64,000 bases of DNA from the NCBI RefSeq assembly GCF_009914755.1, contig NC_060928.1; one strand, written 5' to 3'. This document shows, piece by piece, positions 22,990 through 36,462 of the stretch. The translations under genes were made by a program, and so were the position numbers. This DNA is from the human T2T-CHM13v2.0 reference genome, Homo sapiens. The notes beneath the pieces were generated by a model that saw nothing but the letters and a program-made list of their open reading frames with translations, made no database searches and had not been told where the DNA came from. Each line of letters begins with the position of its first letter. The stretch's first letter is position 1.

Positions 22990-23880
22990 TTAAACTATGG
23001 ATAGAATGAATAAGATCTAATATTTAGTAGCTCAACAGGATGACTCTAGTCAATAATAATTTAATTGTACATCTAAAAACAACTAAAAGGGCATAATTTG
23101 ATTGTAACACAAAGCCTAAACGCTTGAGGTGATGCACACCTAGTTCTCCATGATGTAATTATTAGGCATTGAATGACTGTGTCAAAAAATCTCATGTACT
23201 CTATAAATATATATACCTACTATTGATACAGGAGTTAAGAATAAATTACTTAGGCAGATAGTGAGGGTATGAAAGTCCTCAGTAAGGTTTTTCTTTTTAA
23301 TGGAAAGCATCCACCAATCATTTTCTGACATAGAGCAACCCGTGAAGTTGAGCTGCAGACATAGACAAGCAAGCTGGGAGCTTGCATGAGTGAATGCTGA
23401 CAGGAAAGAAATACCTGGGACTAGACATGTTCAAAATGGTAGCTTCATCTTCCCTTCTCTGCCAGCCATGAGTACAGTAAAGAGCAGACAAGATGGAACT
23501 GGCCAATAATAATAATCTTATTATTTGCATAATAAGATTATGGTGGGGTGACCAACCTTTCCCACATGCTATGTAAATGTCACACCTGATCAAACCAATC
23601 TGTAAGCCCTATGTAAATCAAACACCACCTCCTCAAGTAGGACTATAAAATCCAGTGCAACTGCCACCAGCCGGCCTTTTCCTCTCAGAAGTCCCCTCTC
23701 TCTCACTGGAGAAAGAGCTATTTTTCTTTCTCTTTCTTTTGCCTCTTAAGCCTCCACTCCTAAACTCCTCTTGTGTATCTGTGTCCTAAATTTTCTTGGC
23801 ATGAGATGATGAACCCTGGGTATTTACCCCAGACAATTTAGCCACTTCATTGTGTAGCCACAAAAATTAGAAATTAATTT
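22990..23880 (+). mobile_element. L1MA2-like 3' end split by a MER50-family LTR
   Basis: GATAGAATGAATAAGATCT...ATACCTACTAT | GTAGCCACAAAAATT. Confidence 0.82.
23224..23849 (+). mobile_element. MER50-family ERV1 solo LTR
   Basis: TGATACAGGAGTTAAG...TTAGGCAGATAGTGAGGG; TATAAAA at ~23644; ends CCCCAGACAATTTAGCCACTTCA. Confidence 0.78.
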
Positions 23881-24079
23881 TTTTTAAATAAGGAGAACTA
23901 TAAAAGAAAGAATACTTGAAACTATATTAACAAGATTATCTTGGGTACTATAACTTAACTGACATTTTATCTTAAAATCTTGATGCTTATTAGAATTTTA
24001 GAACGCCTAGTGACATAATTTAGTGAAACTGTAAATTCATTAGTAATTATAAAGTTAATTTTTCAACATGGTTTATTTA

Positions 24080-24942
24080 TGTGTCTGGAATTGGTTCTTT
24101 CTGATGGGTTCTTGGTCTTGCTGACTTCAAGAATGAAGCCACAGACCCTTGTGGTGAGTGTTACAGTTCTTAAAGATGGTGTGTTCAGAGTTTGTTTCTT
24201 CAGATGTTCACATGTGTCTGGAGTTTTTTCCTTCTGGTGGGTTCTTGGTCTCGCTGACTTCAGGAATGAAGCTGCAGACCTTTGCAGTGAGTGTTACAGT
24301 TCTTAAAGATGGTGTGTCCGGAGTTTCTTCCTTCAGATGTTCAGACGTGTCCAGGGTTTCTTCTTTCTGGTGGGTTCGTGGTCTTGCTGACTTCAGGAGT
24401 GAAGCCACAGACCTTCACAGTGAGTGTTACAGCTCTTAAAGGTGGCGCATCTGGAGTTGTTTGTTCCTCCCGGTGGGTTTGTGGCCTTGCTGACTTCAGG
24501 AGTAAAGCTGCAGACCCTCGCAGTGAGAGTTACAGCTTATAAAGGTAGTGCTGACCCAAAGAGTGAGCAGCAGCAAGATTTATTGTGAGAAGCGAAAGAA
24601 CAAAGCTTCCATAGCGTGGAACGGGGACCCAAGCAGGTTGCCCCTGCGGGCTTGGATGGCCAGCTTTTATTCCCTTATTTGGCCCTGCCCACATCCTGCT
24701 GATTGGTCCATTTTACAGAGCACTGATTGGTCCGATTTTACAGAGTGCTGATTGGTGCATTTACAAACCTTTAGCTAGCACAGAGCGCTGATTGGTGCAT
24801 TTTAACAGAGTGCTGATTGGTGCATTTATAAACCTTTAGCTAGACACAGAGTGCTGATTGGTGCGTTTACAGTCCTTTAGCTAGGCAGAAAAGTTCTCCA
24901 AGTCCCCACCCAACCCAGAAGCCCAGCTGGCTTCACCTCTCA
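24080..24942 (-). mobile_element. LTR12 (ERV9) solo LTR, short form
   Basis: TGTGTCTGGAATTGG...CCCAGCTGGCTTCACCTCTCA, perfect TSD TTTA (24076-24079 / 24943-24946), ~4 tandem U5 repeats, CTGATTGG repeats. Confidence 0.95.
24655..24865 (-). promoter_or_regulatory. LTR12 U3 promoter: six CCAAT (NF-Y) boxes and an AATAAAA TATA-like box
   Basis: CTGATTGG occurs six times in ~24699-24860; TTTTATT at ~24665; activity at this locus not shown. Confidence 0.6.
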
Positions 24943-25654
24943 TTTATACTCATTTTTAGTTTAAAATATTTTCAAAAACTAAATAAAACACATTTATAAT
25001 TTTTAAGGTTTTATCTTAAAATTTGCCTCTTTTTGTGAGCCTTATCCACCAATCAATATAGCCTAGAATTGATCATTTTCCATTTTATTCATCAACATTT
25101 AAATTCGTTTCATTATCAAGAAATTTCACCTTGTTTTACCTGTCATACTACTCCTTAATACATTTTTTCTATTGATCTCAGTAACATTTATATATAAGGC
25201 CTAGGGCAGCACCATCTATAAAATACAGTGTACTGACCAAAAGAATAGTTTTTGCAAAGTAGAATTTGCTTGGGTATTCCTAGGCCTAGAAAGACAAAGA
25301 TGTGCAGAGGCCTCTTTCTAAGACCTCTATTTTAGTGATTGATAATTTCCCAAATAACAGCACCAGGGAAGAGTGTAAAAATCCCCAATTGTACCAAATG
25401 GGATACTATGTTTAGCCAGTGTTTCAAAAGTGCCTTTCTTATTGCTCATTATAAAAGGGAATGAAATTATTTGGGATATTTAGAAAATGACATAAAAGGT
25501 GTTTTTTTAATACTGGAATGTGGCTGTCAAATGGTTCCTTCACTGGCTGTTATCAAATTCAAATGCATAGCTCAAAAAAGTAAACTGTTCATAATGATTT
25601 CCTGACTCTACCACTCCTTCCTATTTAGAATACACTCTCCCCTTGCATGCCATA

Positions 25655-26017
25655 TGTATCAGTCTGTCCTCACACTGCTATAAAGATACTACCTGAGACT
25701 TGGTAATTTATAAAGAAAGGAGATTCAATAGATTAACAGTTCCACATGGCTGAGGAGGCCTCAGGAACCTTACAATCATGGCATGCAGTGAAGTGGAAGC
25801 AGGCATGTCTTCCATAGCAGCAGGAGAGCAAGAGTGAAGGAGGAAGTGCCACTTTTAAAACCATCATATCTTGTGAGAACTCAATCACTATCACGAGAAC
25901 AGAATAGAGGAAACTGCCTCCATGATCCAGTCATCTCCTACAAGGTCCCTCCCTCAACATATAAGGATTAAAATTCAAGATGAAATTTGGGTGGGGACAG
26001 AGAGCCGAACTATATCA
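25655..26017 (-). mobile_element. THE1D-like solo LTR
   Basis: TGTATCAGTC...GAGAGCCGAACTATATCA; TSD CCATA/CTATA. Confidence 0.88.
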
Positions 26018-26031
26018 CTATAATGCCATAA

Positions 26032-26289
<258 letters not shown>

Positions 26290-27160
26290 TCCTTCTTGAT
26301 CTTTTAACTTTGAAGATTCTCAGGAATTTGTCTCTCTTATAAAATGTCTTCTACCTTTGATAGGGCATCCATTTCTAGACATTCAAAGGCACTGTCTTAA
26401 ATGTGTCTAGACTGCTGCAGGTCTTCTGATCTCTAAGGTAACATATCCAATTGCCTAAACAACACCTCTCTTTGAATTTCTCACATGTATTTATATACAA
26501 ACTTAACTCATGATACTTCCAAACCTTCACTTTCTCTATTAATCAGACTGATGCCCCATCAGTCGCATGCAGCATCCAGGACTTCTCAGATAAAACTTGG
26601 ATCTCTTTCTTTCTTTATATGCAATCAAATCATCTGCTCCTGCCAGTTCTAGCAACTATATCTCAAACTTGTTAACTGCTACCATTGTGGTTCAAGCTAC
26701 CATAGGTGCTTAGTTGCTTTAAACTACGCAACTGAATAAAAATTAACTCAGAATAAACATAGCTCTGCAACTTGATTCTTCCTATCTCTCCTGCCTAATT
26801 ATAGGTTTCTCTCCTTGCTAACTGTTGCCGGTTATACTTGTTTCAACTCAATCTTAAAGACATTTTCTTCTTCTTGCCTCTGGGCCATCAATAAAGTACT
26901 TTATATGTATAACACAAAAACTTATTCTTCAAATCCTTATATGTCACTTAAGAAAGTCTACCTTGACCCTCTGATTTAGGCTATTTAACCTCAATATAGA
27001 TTCTCTTGTCAACCTGCCCTTCTTCATTTATAGCTTTTATTATCATTGTTTAATGATGCTTTTTCTACCCTGATTTAAATTCGTACCCCCAATATTTACT
27101 ATAGCAACTGCTACATAATAGATGCTCAATAAATAATTGTGGGATGAATTAAATTGATGA
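26290..27160 (+). mobile_element. L2 3' region, fragmented
   Basis: Pyrimidine-rich L2 motifs ending CATAATAGATGCTCAATAAATAATTGTGGGATGAAT. Confidence 0.7.
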
Positions 27161-27435
27161 GCAAATAAGCACATTTTCCAAGGTGCACATCAAACCTTCA
27201 TGCTTGTTAAAAAGGTTCATTTCCTTTTGTCCCTTTTGCAGATGTAACATGGAGCAATGCTGTCACTGGGTGCTGTGAGATTTCGATTGAGATATTTTCT
27301 CATGCAGGTAGTTTCTGAATGGTGAAGCAATTACAACAGAGATAGAGCTTGGATGAGAACAATATCACTAAATTCTCCAGGGACAGTTCAAATACAAGCT
27401 TATTCTAAGCATGATAGCCTCTGCAGCATACCTGA

Positions 27436-27625
27436 GTAAAGGTTCTTAAATCTGGCTGCACATTAGAATCACCTGGGGAGTTTTGAAAAAATACCAGAGC
27501 TCATGCTTCACTCCAGACCAGTTAATTCACAATACTTAAGGGTAGGTTTGGACATCAGCTTTTATTTGTTTGTTGTTTTAATGCTTCCAGGTGATAATAC
27601 TCTACAGCTTATTTCGAGAAGTATA
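27436..27625. mobile_element. MER5A-family hAT MITE; a second partial copy at ~27650-27800
   Basis: GGTTCTTAAATCTGGCTGCACATTAGAATCACCTGGGGAG...CCAGGTGAT. Confidence 0.8.
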
Positions 27626-28964
27626 ACATTGGCTCCCTAACATGACATCATTAGAATATTTTGTAGTAATTTAAATAAAATAGAATCAGACTTAGACCTG
27701 CGGTAACTTCTTTAGTTGGACTGGAATTAAGCTCGATAATATGTATTTTAAAAGGTCTACTTGTGATTCTGCTATTCAAACATTTAGGAAACACTGATTC
27801 ATAATAATGGACTCAGTATTAAATATATAAATTTCTGTGGATCCATTATCTGAAAAGCAAAAACTTTAACGCTATAGCATAAAGAGTGATAGCTTTGCTA
27901 AAAGAAATACGTTTTTTAACAAAGGAATGTCTTCTACATACCATCTTATAAGCTCAAAGTGCAATTTTCTAAAATGAAATGCAGGTGAAAAACCTAATAT
28001 AGAGGAGAGTTGTCAGAATTTTTTTCTCAAAAATGTACTCACTGATGGTATCAGTAGGTAACTTTGGGCAAATATAGCAGATATACTAGCAATATCTTAT
28101 ATAGAAATGAGAAAATTTAAAATGATAGTCACAAAAATTCCACCACTTAATTTGACATTTTCTAAAATTGATATATGATTTAAATTTTAGACCTAAGTGA
28201 ACAAAATATTTTACTCAAGGGTCAAGTGCTGTAAGAGACATAAATCTACTCAAAGTAACTTAATTTTAATGTGGAGTGGGAGGCAGTAATGATTACAAAA
28301 AACAAATAGGCAAATCAGACATAAAGGGTTGGTATTCAAAAACAGGTCAAACTTAAGTGTGATTATAAATGGAAAGGCAAGAATTAAGGTTAATATTTCT
28401 GTCTTCTGGTGTCTCCTAGCTTCTCTTTTCTTTGCTTCTCTTTGCATACCAGATTCTCTCTCTCTTTTTCTACTTTCCTTCTTTTCTGTTTTTTGCTTTT
28501 CCCTTTATTATTTTTTTGAACATGGCCTACCTCTAACTTACCAAATAATTTTGGGTCAAATTATTGAGAGAAAATAAATTGGTTTCTAGATTACCAAAGG
28601 ACTGGTTGATCTTGGTCTTGATTTTAGTAAGATATGACCTAAAGGGCAAGAATTATAACCTCCAGTATTTTCAGGAGTATCAATTCTCTGTTTATGTACA
28701 AGAGAAAAGCAGCTGTCTCTCCAAACCCCTCTTGAGAGAAGGGTGAAATAAATTCTGCTCCTTTGATATAAGTTAGAAAGAATCCTGGGTTCTCACCTAA
28801 TCTTTTGAAATGTAAACATGCCTTTCTAAGTCCCAAATAAACTCTAGGTGCCTTCTGCTTCTATGAACCAGAGATGTCTCCACATCTGGGCTTCATCTCT
28901 TAAAATATAAATAGTGAGGGAGATAGCATTTCATGCTTTCTACTACCTTGGTAGCTTAAACCAG

Positions 28965-29225
28965 TGTTAAAAAAAAAAACAATTGCATCAGACGCTTGTT
29001 AAAAATGGCAAGGCAGATTTTAGGTAAGCTATCACAATTGGCGTATGCAATTTCTGTATAGAACTGAGCTCATCTCCAAACACAGCAAAGACAGCTGAGG
29101 ATATCTATAGCCAACAAGCAGAGTGAGGGGGTCAGTGGAGGGAAAATTACTAAGAGGAACTTGATTAGATATTGATTAGTTATCAATGGTGGGGAGATCT
29201 TGCTGAACTAAATTAGCAGGATTCT
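28965..29225 (-). mobile_element. MER31-like ERV1 LTR fragment
   Basis: TGTTAAAA...CTTGTTAAAAATGGCAAGGCAGA...GAGTGAGGGGGTCAGTGGAGGGAAAATTACTAAGAGG. Confidence 0.65.
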
Positions 29226-29489
29226 AATATGATTGCCTCAGATCTAATTATTACATTTTCATATATGGTGAAGAGAGGTGAATCTTTCATTGGGCTTTCC
29301 TTTTCACTAATTTATCTCCTTTTGGCTAACTTAGTCACACACTCCAAAACTGGCAGAAGATAATTAAATTGCATTTACCAGCTTAGAACAGTCATGCCTC
29401 CTCACCTTGACCTGGGCACACTGGGATACTATAAATTAACAAAAAATGAAAGAATATCTTGAAAAATAAGATAAATGATAGTGTCTGCT

Positions 29490-29720
29490 CTGCCAGTGTA
29501 ACTTATGGTGATGAAAAATACATACTCTTGCCTACTGTTAGTTGGCAGGAGTGTAAATTCTCAGAAGACAATTTGCTAGTATTTCTAAGAATTAAAAATG
29601 CATCAAATGTCATTATGAGAAAGAAAATTAATTGTGATTAACAGCAAATAGGAAATAATAATATCATGCATTCCACTTTATGTGTTACTATCCAGATATT
29701 AAAATGAATTGACATTGACT
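29490..29720 (+). mobile_element. L1ME 3' fragment
   Basis: CTACTGTTAGTTGGCAGGAGTGTAAATT...GACAATTTGCTAGTAT. Confidence 0.5.
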
Positions 29721-29729
29721 GTAAATCAA

Positions 29730-30560
29730 TCAGGTGATTTACTTACACCTGATACAGAGTTTAGCCTTGAGGACGTGGCCTGAAGCTACTGAGTAAAGAG
29801 CAGAAGAGTAGAGGGTCCTGAAAGTCAATGGATCCAAGACACATCACCTCTGCCCCAAGAGTATTGGCAAGGGGCTATCTTGGAATTGGCTTGGGAGTTT
29901 GACCTGGAAAGGGAAGGCGGCCTCAGCTAAAAGAGACTAGAGTTTTACAGGCAGATAGCCATGGACTGTTGGCAATTAGCTAGAGAAATGCCTGCATCTG
30001 CCATGAGAAAAACTCAGGCAAGAAAAGTCTAGTGATGAGGAGGCCTTGTGGAACAAAAACACTCATCTGAGAAGCTCAGAGAACAGGTATGCTAGTTTAT
30101 GAGCATTTCAGTGTAGTAAGACCTTTCCAGCCTCCTAAGGTTTTCCCCCTGCCTATACTGTTTTGACCCTGTGGAATTCAGAAATCACACATAATAAGCT
30201 GGCAGAAAAGGGAGAAGGAGAAAGTGTAAAACAAAAGACAACGAGAATGACAACCCTCTCTCCTCCACCCAGGCCCAGTGGGGTTTCCACCACTAACCAC
30301 CCTCCTGGAGCAAGCCCAAACTGGGGAAAAGAAAAGTTTTAAAGTAGAATAAAATGACACTGCAGTGAAAATGTTTTGAGGACTGGAAGTTACTAGAAGA
30401 CTTTTTGTTATTCAAAAGTGACTGGAAAATTCATGCTCTTTGCCCAACATTCCGGCGAAAGGAAGGGAATCATTAGTTCTACAGGTAATGCTTGGAAGAA
30501 CATTTGAGGAAAAGTACCAAAGAGACTTACTGATTGTTCCTAGGCGTCTGGTTAGCTCTT
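29730..30560. mobile_element. Probable ancient LTR (LTR78-like or other eutherian LTR)
   Basis: Purine- and GC-richer block interrupting L1ME-like sequence; family uncertain. Confidence 0.3.
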
Positions 30561-30943
30561 TACTTAATGTAATATAAATAAGAGACATTCATCTGTACAT
30601 ACTCAAAAACATATAAACAGGTATGTGAAGTAATCCTAAAAAACTGTTACTTTGATGGAGTAGGGAGTAGTTTTGCTTAATTTTGCAGCTTATGATAATG
30701 TATAGTTATGCATGCTGTATTTGCATTACATATACAGTTTTAAACATACATATGCATATAATTTTTGTACATGTACATATTATGTGTGTATATATACATA
30801 GTGCATATGTGTGTATGCATATATAAGAGTGTATAAATGCAAGTTTTTTAAGAGTTAAGAAGATGAGGTGTTTATAACCAATTTGGGAAATATTTTCTTA
30901 TCATACATTCTGATTTAAAGGAAAACAAAAAACAAAAAAACAA

Positions 30944-31231
30944 GACTGGGTGCAGTGGCTCATGTCTATAATCCCAGCACTTTAGGAGACTGAGGTGGGA
31001 GGATTGCTTGAGACCGGGAGTTTGAGATCAGCCTAGGCAACATAGCAAGATGCTATCTCTAAAAAAAAATTAAACATTAGCCAGATTATGGTAGCACATG
31101 CCTGCAATCCCAGCTACTTGGGAGGCTGAGGCAGGACAATCACTTGAGCCCAGGAGCTAGAAGCTGCAGTGGACAACTGAGCGAGGTCCTGTTTCTTAAA
31201 ACAAACAAACAAACAAAACAGAAAAAAAAAA
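30944..31231 (+). mobile_element. AluJ with ~35-bp deletion in the right arm and (AAAC)n tail
   Basis: GGAGGATTGCTTGAG, GGCAACATAGCAAGA (J diagnostics). Confidence 0.9.
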
Positions 31232-32077
31232 CCCTCTAACAAATAATGTCTTCAAAAAATGAAGAAGGACAGGGCATAGAAGATATTCTACCTGGGCATA
31301 TTGAAATTCAATTCAATAGAAAGGAATTGTGTAATTCTTCTTCATGCATGGAGTAAAAGTTATATATATTTAAAGTAAACATGCAAAATGTTCAACATTT
31401 TTGTGAAAGATAATGCTTAATTCTATGTATTCTACGTGGTTCAAATTCCAAGTAAAATTATAGATTTTCCAGCATCAGATCCTGACGGTGATTGAGAAAT
31501 ATCACAATGTAAATATCAGATGCTTTAATTTTCAATATTAAAATAAACATTATTTTGCTTATATACCACAGAATTGAGTTGTTCAATGCTTTGCTAGATG
31601 ACCAGTTTAAGAAAGGCGTATTAAGAATATTATATCATTTATGTGAAAAAATGCAAATTAAAATCATAAAGAAAACATAACGTCTGTTCCTGGCACTTGT
31701 ATGATATCTGTTTAAAAAACAGAAGGATAATTTTATACATATTTTATAACATATGTGGTTTTAAACCTCCAAGCCGGATACATTTACCAAGCTGTCTGCA
31801 AACACATTTTTTAATCTTGAAAAAGAAATGTGTTAAAAATTTTAAATTACACATAAGTGGATACATGAAAATGAAAGGCAGGCAGTTCTGGCATTTTGTT
31901 TTTCCTTTACTTCTAATTTTTACTTAAACAAATGGGCATCCAATTCAATTGTCCTATATATTTCCTGGATCAATATCATGTTAGTAGTCTGTTATATTTA
32001 TGTCATGATTACCTCATATATTGTAATACGCAACACTTAAATGAAATAGCATCTTCTATGTTATCCAGCCAGACTTA

Positions 32078-32180
32078 GTCATTGACAGAAGGAAATATAA
32101 AACCAAGAGAAATTAAGTGATTGCACTAAAGTCTCACAATCATATAAAGGCATAGCTGTAGCCCTCAACCAGGTTTATAT
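32078..32180 (-). mobile_element. MIR core fragment
   Basis: GACAGAAGGAAA...AGAGAAATTAAGTGATTGC...AAAGTCTCACA. Confidence 0.55.
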
Positions 32181-33508
32181 CTATTCATATCCATATCTAT
32201 ACACACACACTCTATATATAAATAGCTATACACACATAAACACACATCAATGTCTCTGTTAATAAGCATTTTTTACATGTCACATACCAGTTTTCTGGTT
32301 TTCTTTTTTTCTTTTCTTTTTTAATATAAGTTTGTTACAGTTTAACATGCACAGAGAAATCATAAATATATTTATCAAAACATTTTCTCAAGGTGAATAT
32401 ACCTACTTAGCACCCATATCGAGAAATTAAACATTAATAGCATCTGAGAAGACCCATTTTGCTCTCAGTCACTAAACCACCACAGGAAATCGCTATCTTC
32501 AGTATTAACAACCTAGGTTATTTTGTCTGTTTTTTTTTTTAACTTTGTATAAATGGTAAATTTAGTATGCACTTTTTTACATTTGGCTTCTTTAATGCAA
32601 CATAATTTCTGTGAGATTCATACATATTTTTGTGTATAACTATAGAAATTCATTTTCTTGCCATACAGTATTTTATTAAAATATCACATTTTAGTTATTC
32701 ACTCTACTCTTGACACTGTTTAGTAGTGCACTTGCAACGTATTTTTTTGTTTTGATTTTTAGCCATTATGGAAGCTAATTGTTCAGCTAATGTGAGGAGT
32801 GCTAGATTTCCAATTATAATTGAGAATTCTTACTTTTAAATTTCCAATTCTTTCAGTTTTTGGTTTGTGTATTTCAAAGTGCTGATAATGGCTGCATACA
32901 GAATTGTCTTCTTGATAAAAGTGACTCTTTTTTTCACTTTGAAATAAGCTTCTATTTTCTAACAATATTTCTTGTTTTTAAGTCTACTTTTTCCCAGTTA
33001 ATATTTATTGTGATAAGAATGTTCATAGCACAGTATATCAGCCAGTGTATCTCTATATTTAATTATGTTTCTTGTAGACAACATATAATTGGATCCTGGT
33101 TTTTTATCCCACTTGAAAATCTCCTTTTAATAAAATTATTTTATCATGTACATTTACATCTCTTTAAGTTTTATTTGTCATGTTGACATTTATTCTCTGT
33201 TTTTTAAAATGGTTTCTTTATTCCTTTCCTCCCCATTTCCTGCCTTATTTTGGATTAGTGTGTGCATTTAGATTCTCTTGCACCTTTACTATTTTTAGGT
33301 GCAATTATTTTATTGTTTTAGTGGCTGCTTGAGTTTTAAATATGCATCTTTAAATTATCACAGTCACATTTCAAATAAGAGTATATAACTTTAGGTATAA
33401 TATAAGAATTTTATAATAATATACCATTTCCCCACGACCCAATATTTTGCTGTATTTGACAGATATTGTACTTCTACACAGGTTACAAAAGCAAAAATAA
33501 ATCATCGT

Positions 33509-33922
33509 TGATATGGTTTGAATCTATTTCCTCACCCGAATCTCATGTTAAATTGTCATCCCCAATGTTGAAGATGGGGCCTGGTGGGAGGTCATTGGAT
33601 CATGGAGGTGGATCCTTCATAAATGGTTTAGCAGTATCCCTTTGGTGCTGTTCTTGTGATAAATTTCTCACAAGATCTGGTTGTTTAAAAGTGTGTGGCA
33701 CCTTCTCTCTCTCTCCCTTGCTCCTTCTCTGGCCATGTAAGATATGTCTGCCTCCCCTTCACCTTCCAGCATAATGCTAAGTTGCCTGAGGCCTCCCAAG
33801 AAGCAAAAGCCACTATGCTTCCTATACAGCTTGTGGAACTGTGAACCAATTAAACCTCTTTTCTTTATAAATTACACAACTTCATGTATTTCTTCATAGC
33901 AATGCAAGAACAGACTACTTCA
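33509..33922 (+). mobile_element. MSTA solo LTR
   Basis: TGATATGGTTTG...GGGGCCTGGTGGGAGG...GCAATGCAAGAACAGACTA. Confidence 0.9.
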
Positions 33923-34141
33923 GTTATTAATTTTGTTTCCAAAAGTTGAAAGGAATGAGTTAAAGTAGCTGGATGGTGATCCATTGTCTCCTTTTACCTG
34001 AGAAAAGTTTCTAGGAGGAAGAAGGGACAGTAAATACCCAGAGAAGCATCTTTGCCAACTAGACATCAGATAGATTAAATACATTGTTAAGAAGAATTTT
34101 GATCGCTGAGATAGCCTTAGTTGAATGTTCCATCGTAAATA

Positions 34142-34220
34142 TTAGGTTGGTGCAAACGTAATTGCAGTTTTTGTCTTTAAAAGTAATGACAAAACCCACA
34201 ATTACTTTTGCACCAACCTA
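34142..34220. mobile_element. MADE1 (Hsmar1-derived MITE)
   Basis: TTAGGTTGGTGCAAACGTAATTG...CAATTACTTTTGCACCAACCTA inverted repeats flanked by TA. Confidence 0.93.
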
Positions 34221-35998
34221 TAGAACCTAGTGTATATCAGAAATAATCCCTGCAAATGTCACATAGTTTATACAACCCTCTGGGCTGTTTCATTGTATAA
34301 ATATCCCCACTTTGTGAGGAGCCTCATGAGCCTTAGCTAGAGATCTCTTCTATTCTAGGACAAAGGGGCATATCTTGGATGGAGGAAGGGTTCCCTGATG
34401 TCCCAGATCTCTCTTTTTATCTGAACCATTTTTGTTGTTGTTGTTGGTTTTATGTTTAAAATAATTTAGTAAAACATGATACTTGGTAAGATCTCTGGTT
34501 CTGTGAGTTTGTTTTGACATTCTCATCCTATGTGGATCTCAAAAATCAATTATTTTTCATAGAGATATAAAAATGATAAAACTCTTCTTTGTAGATACCC
34601 TCATATTTACCATTTGGCACAATCTTAATTCTTTTGTGTAGTCCCACATTTCCATGTTGTAATGTAGGTCTCCTGTTGACAAATTATCTCAACTTCTGTT
34701 TGTATGTATTTTTTAAACATATTTTTACTCTGTTCAGAATTCTGGGTTTTAAGGGTTCTTTTATAAATGCTTTTTATTCAGCATTTTAAAAATAACTTTT
34801 AATTATTTCCTGGTCTGACTAGTTTCTGATGAGGTTGGCTATCATTCCTGTAGTTTTCCCTCTAAACTTACTTGATTTATCTTTGTCTCCAGTGGCTGTT
34901 ATGATTTTCTCTTTAACACTAATTTTAATCAATTAGATTATACCACTATTTGGTGTAGTTTTCTTGGAGTTTATGCCACTTGCACTTACTTGAGCTTTTT
35001 GGATGTGCACATTTAGAGTTTTTGTCACAGTTAGATAATTTTCAGCCCTTATTTCTTTATAGATTTTTGTTCTGCTTCTCCCTTTTCTCTTCCCCTACTT
35101 AGACTTCAATTATACCTATGTTAGACCACTTGACATTAATCCAAACATTATAGTCCCTATTAACTTCCTGAGACAGACTTCTTTCTATATTTTCTGTCTC
35201 TTTCTCCTTTAATTTCTTGCTGTTTCTGTTGATTTCTATGTATTCCAGTTCATTTATCTTTTTTGCTGTCTAATTTACCATTAATTCTACTCACAGAATT
35301 TTTCATTTTAGCCATTGTATTTCTCCTAGTACATTTTCCTTAATTTGTTTTTTTTTAATTTTTGATTTCCATCTCTTTACATTGATGTTTAACTACTTGA
35401 AAATACTTTAAATAGGTACTTTAATAACTGTGTTCTATATCTATCATCTCTTTTATTTTATGTATGATTATAGTAACTGAATATTTTCCTAGTTATTGGT
35501 CATATTTTCTGGCTGCTTCAAATACCTAACAATTTTTTAAAATTATTTATTGCTGGCTACTATGATATTTACCTGAAGTACTGATATTATTATGTATGGT
35601 TAATGATTTATTTTTTCTTATGTGGATATATAAATTAGCCAGTAACATTTATTAAAAATTGTCATCTATCTCCAATGCATTACCAATGTCAACTTTGCTG
35701 TAAATGAAACATTCGTAAATGTGAGAGTATGTTTTTGACATTTCTCTTGTTGCTTTGAACTACTTACAATTTTTAAATAAATACTCCAACTTTCTATTTC
35801 TTCTTTTGACAATTTTGATAACTTGCTTGTTTCAAGAAACTTGTTACTGTTATGTAGTACTTAAAATTACTGGCAGACATTTGCAGGTGATATAATCTCC
35901 TATCTTCATAATATCCATAACATCTTTTTAAATTTTAGTTATGCCTCTTTTATTTCATATAATGGTCATTTATACTCTTTTTTTAATCCATAATAAGT

Positions 35999-36462
35999 TG
36001 TTACTGTAACTCCAAGGATTTGGACTAGGTTCCATTGCTCACTGCACAGAAAGCCAATCAGTGAGACAATGAGTATTGACAGAGAAGAAGGCTTTTTATT
36101 CAGGTGATGTCAGCTAAATAGATGGAAACCAAACCTCAAATCCATCTCTCCCAGTTGAATAAAATTGTTGGTTTATAGAACAGGGAAGAAATATAGCTAC
36201 CTGTGGGAAGGAATGCAGCAGGAAAACAGGAATTAGGAAGGGATAACAAAGCAGTCATGATGGATGAGAGGTCTGGGGTCTGATTGTCTGGATGTGGTTA
36301 TCTACTGTGTTTCAGGTCCTTGCCTGAGGTTTGGTTTCCTGAAAAAGAAACTCAGATAAGAAAAACTTAAGATTCGAGTTTTAAGTCCAGGTAGAGTAAA
36401 TTTCTATGTTTATTCAAAAAAATCATAAATATTAGTTTTATGGGACAATTTGGCTGGTTTCA
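35999..36462 (-). mobile_element. ERV1 solo LTR (MER87-like)
   Basis: TGTTACTG...GGGACAATTTGGCTGGTTTCA with perfect 4-bp TSD AAGT (35995-35998 / 36463-36466). Confidence 0.75.

Larger units (their letters stand above)
32310..35990 (-). mobile_element. Fragmented old L1M/L1ME, interrupted by MSTA, MADE1 and an unassigned block
   Basis: T-rich minus-strand L1 motifs (TTCTGTGAGATTCATAC; GTTTCTTGTAGACAACATATAATTGG; GACTTCAATTATACCTATGTTAGACC). Confidence 0.65.

Noticed and set aside
24080-24545. ~100-135-bp repeated units and overlapping ORFs as an array or gene
   Set aside because: These are the ordinary U5 tandem repeats of LTR12 and have no unique spacers.
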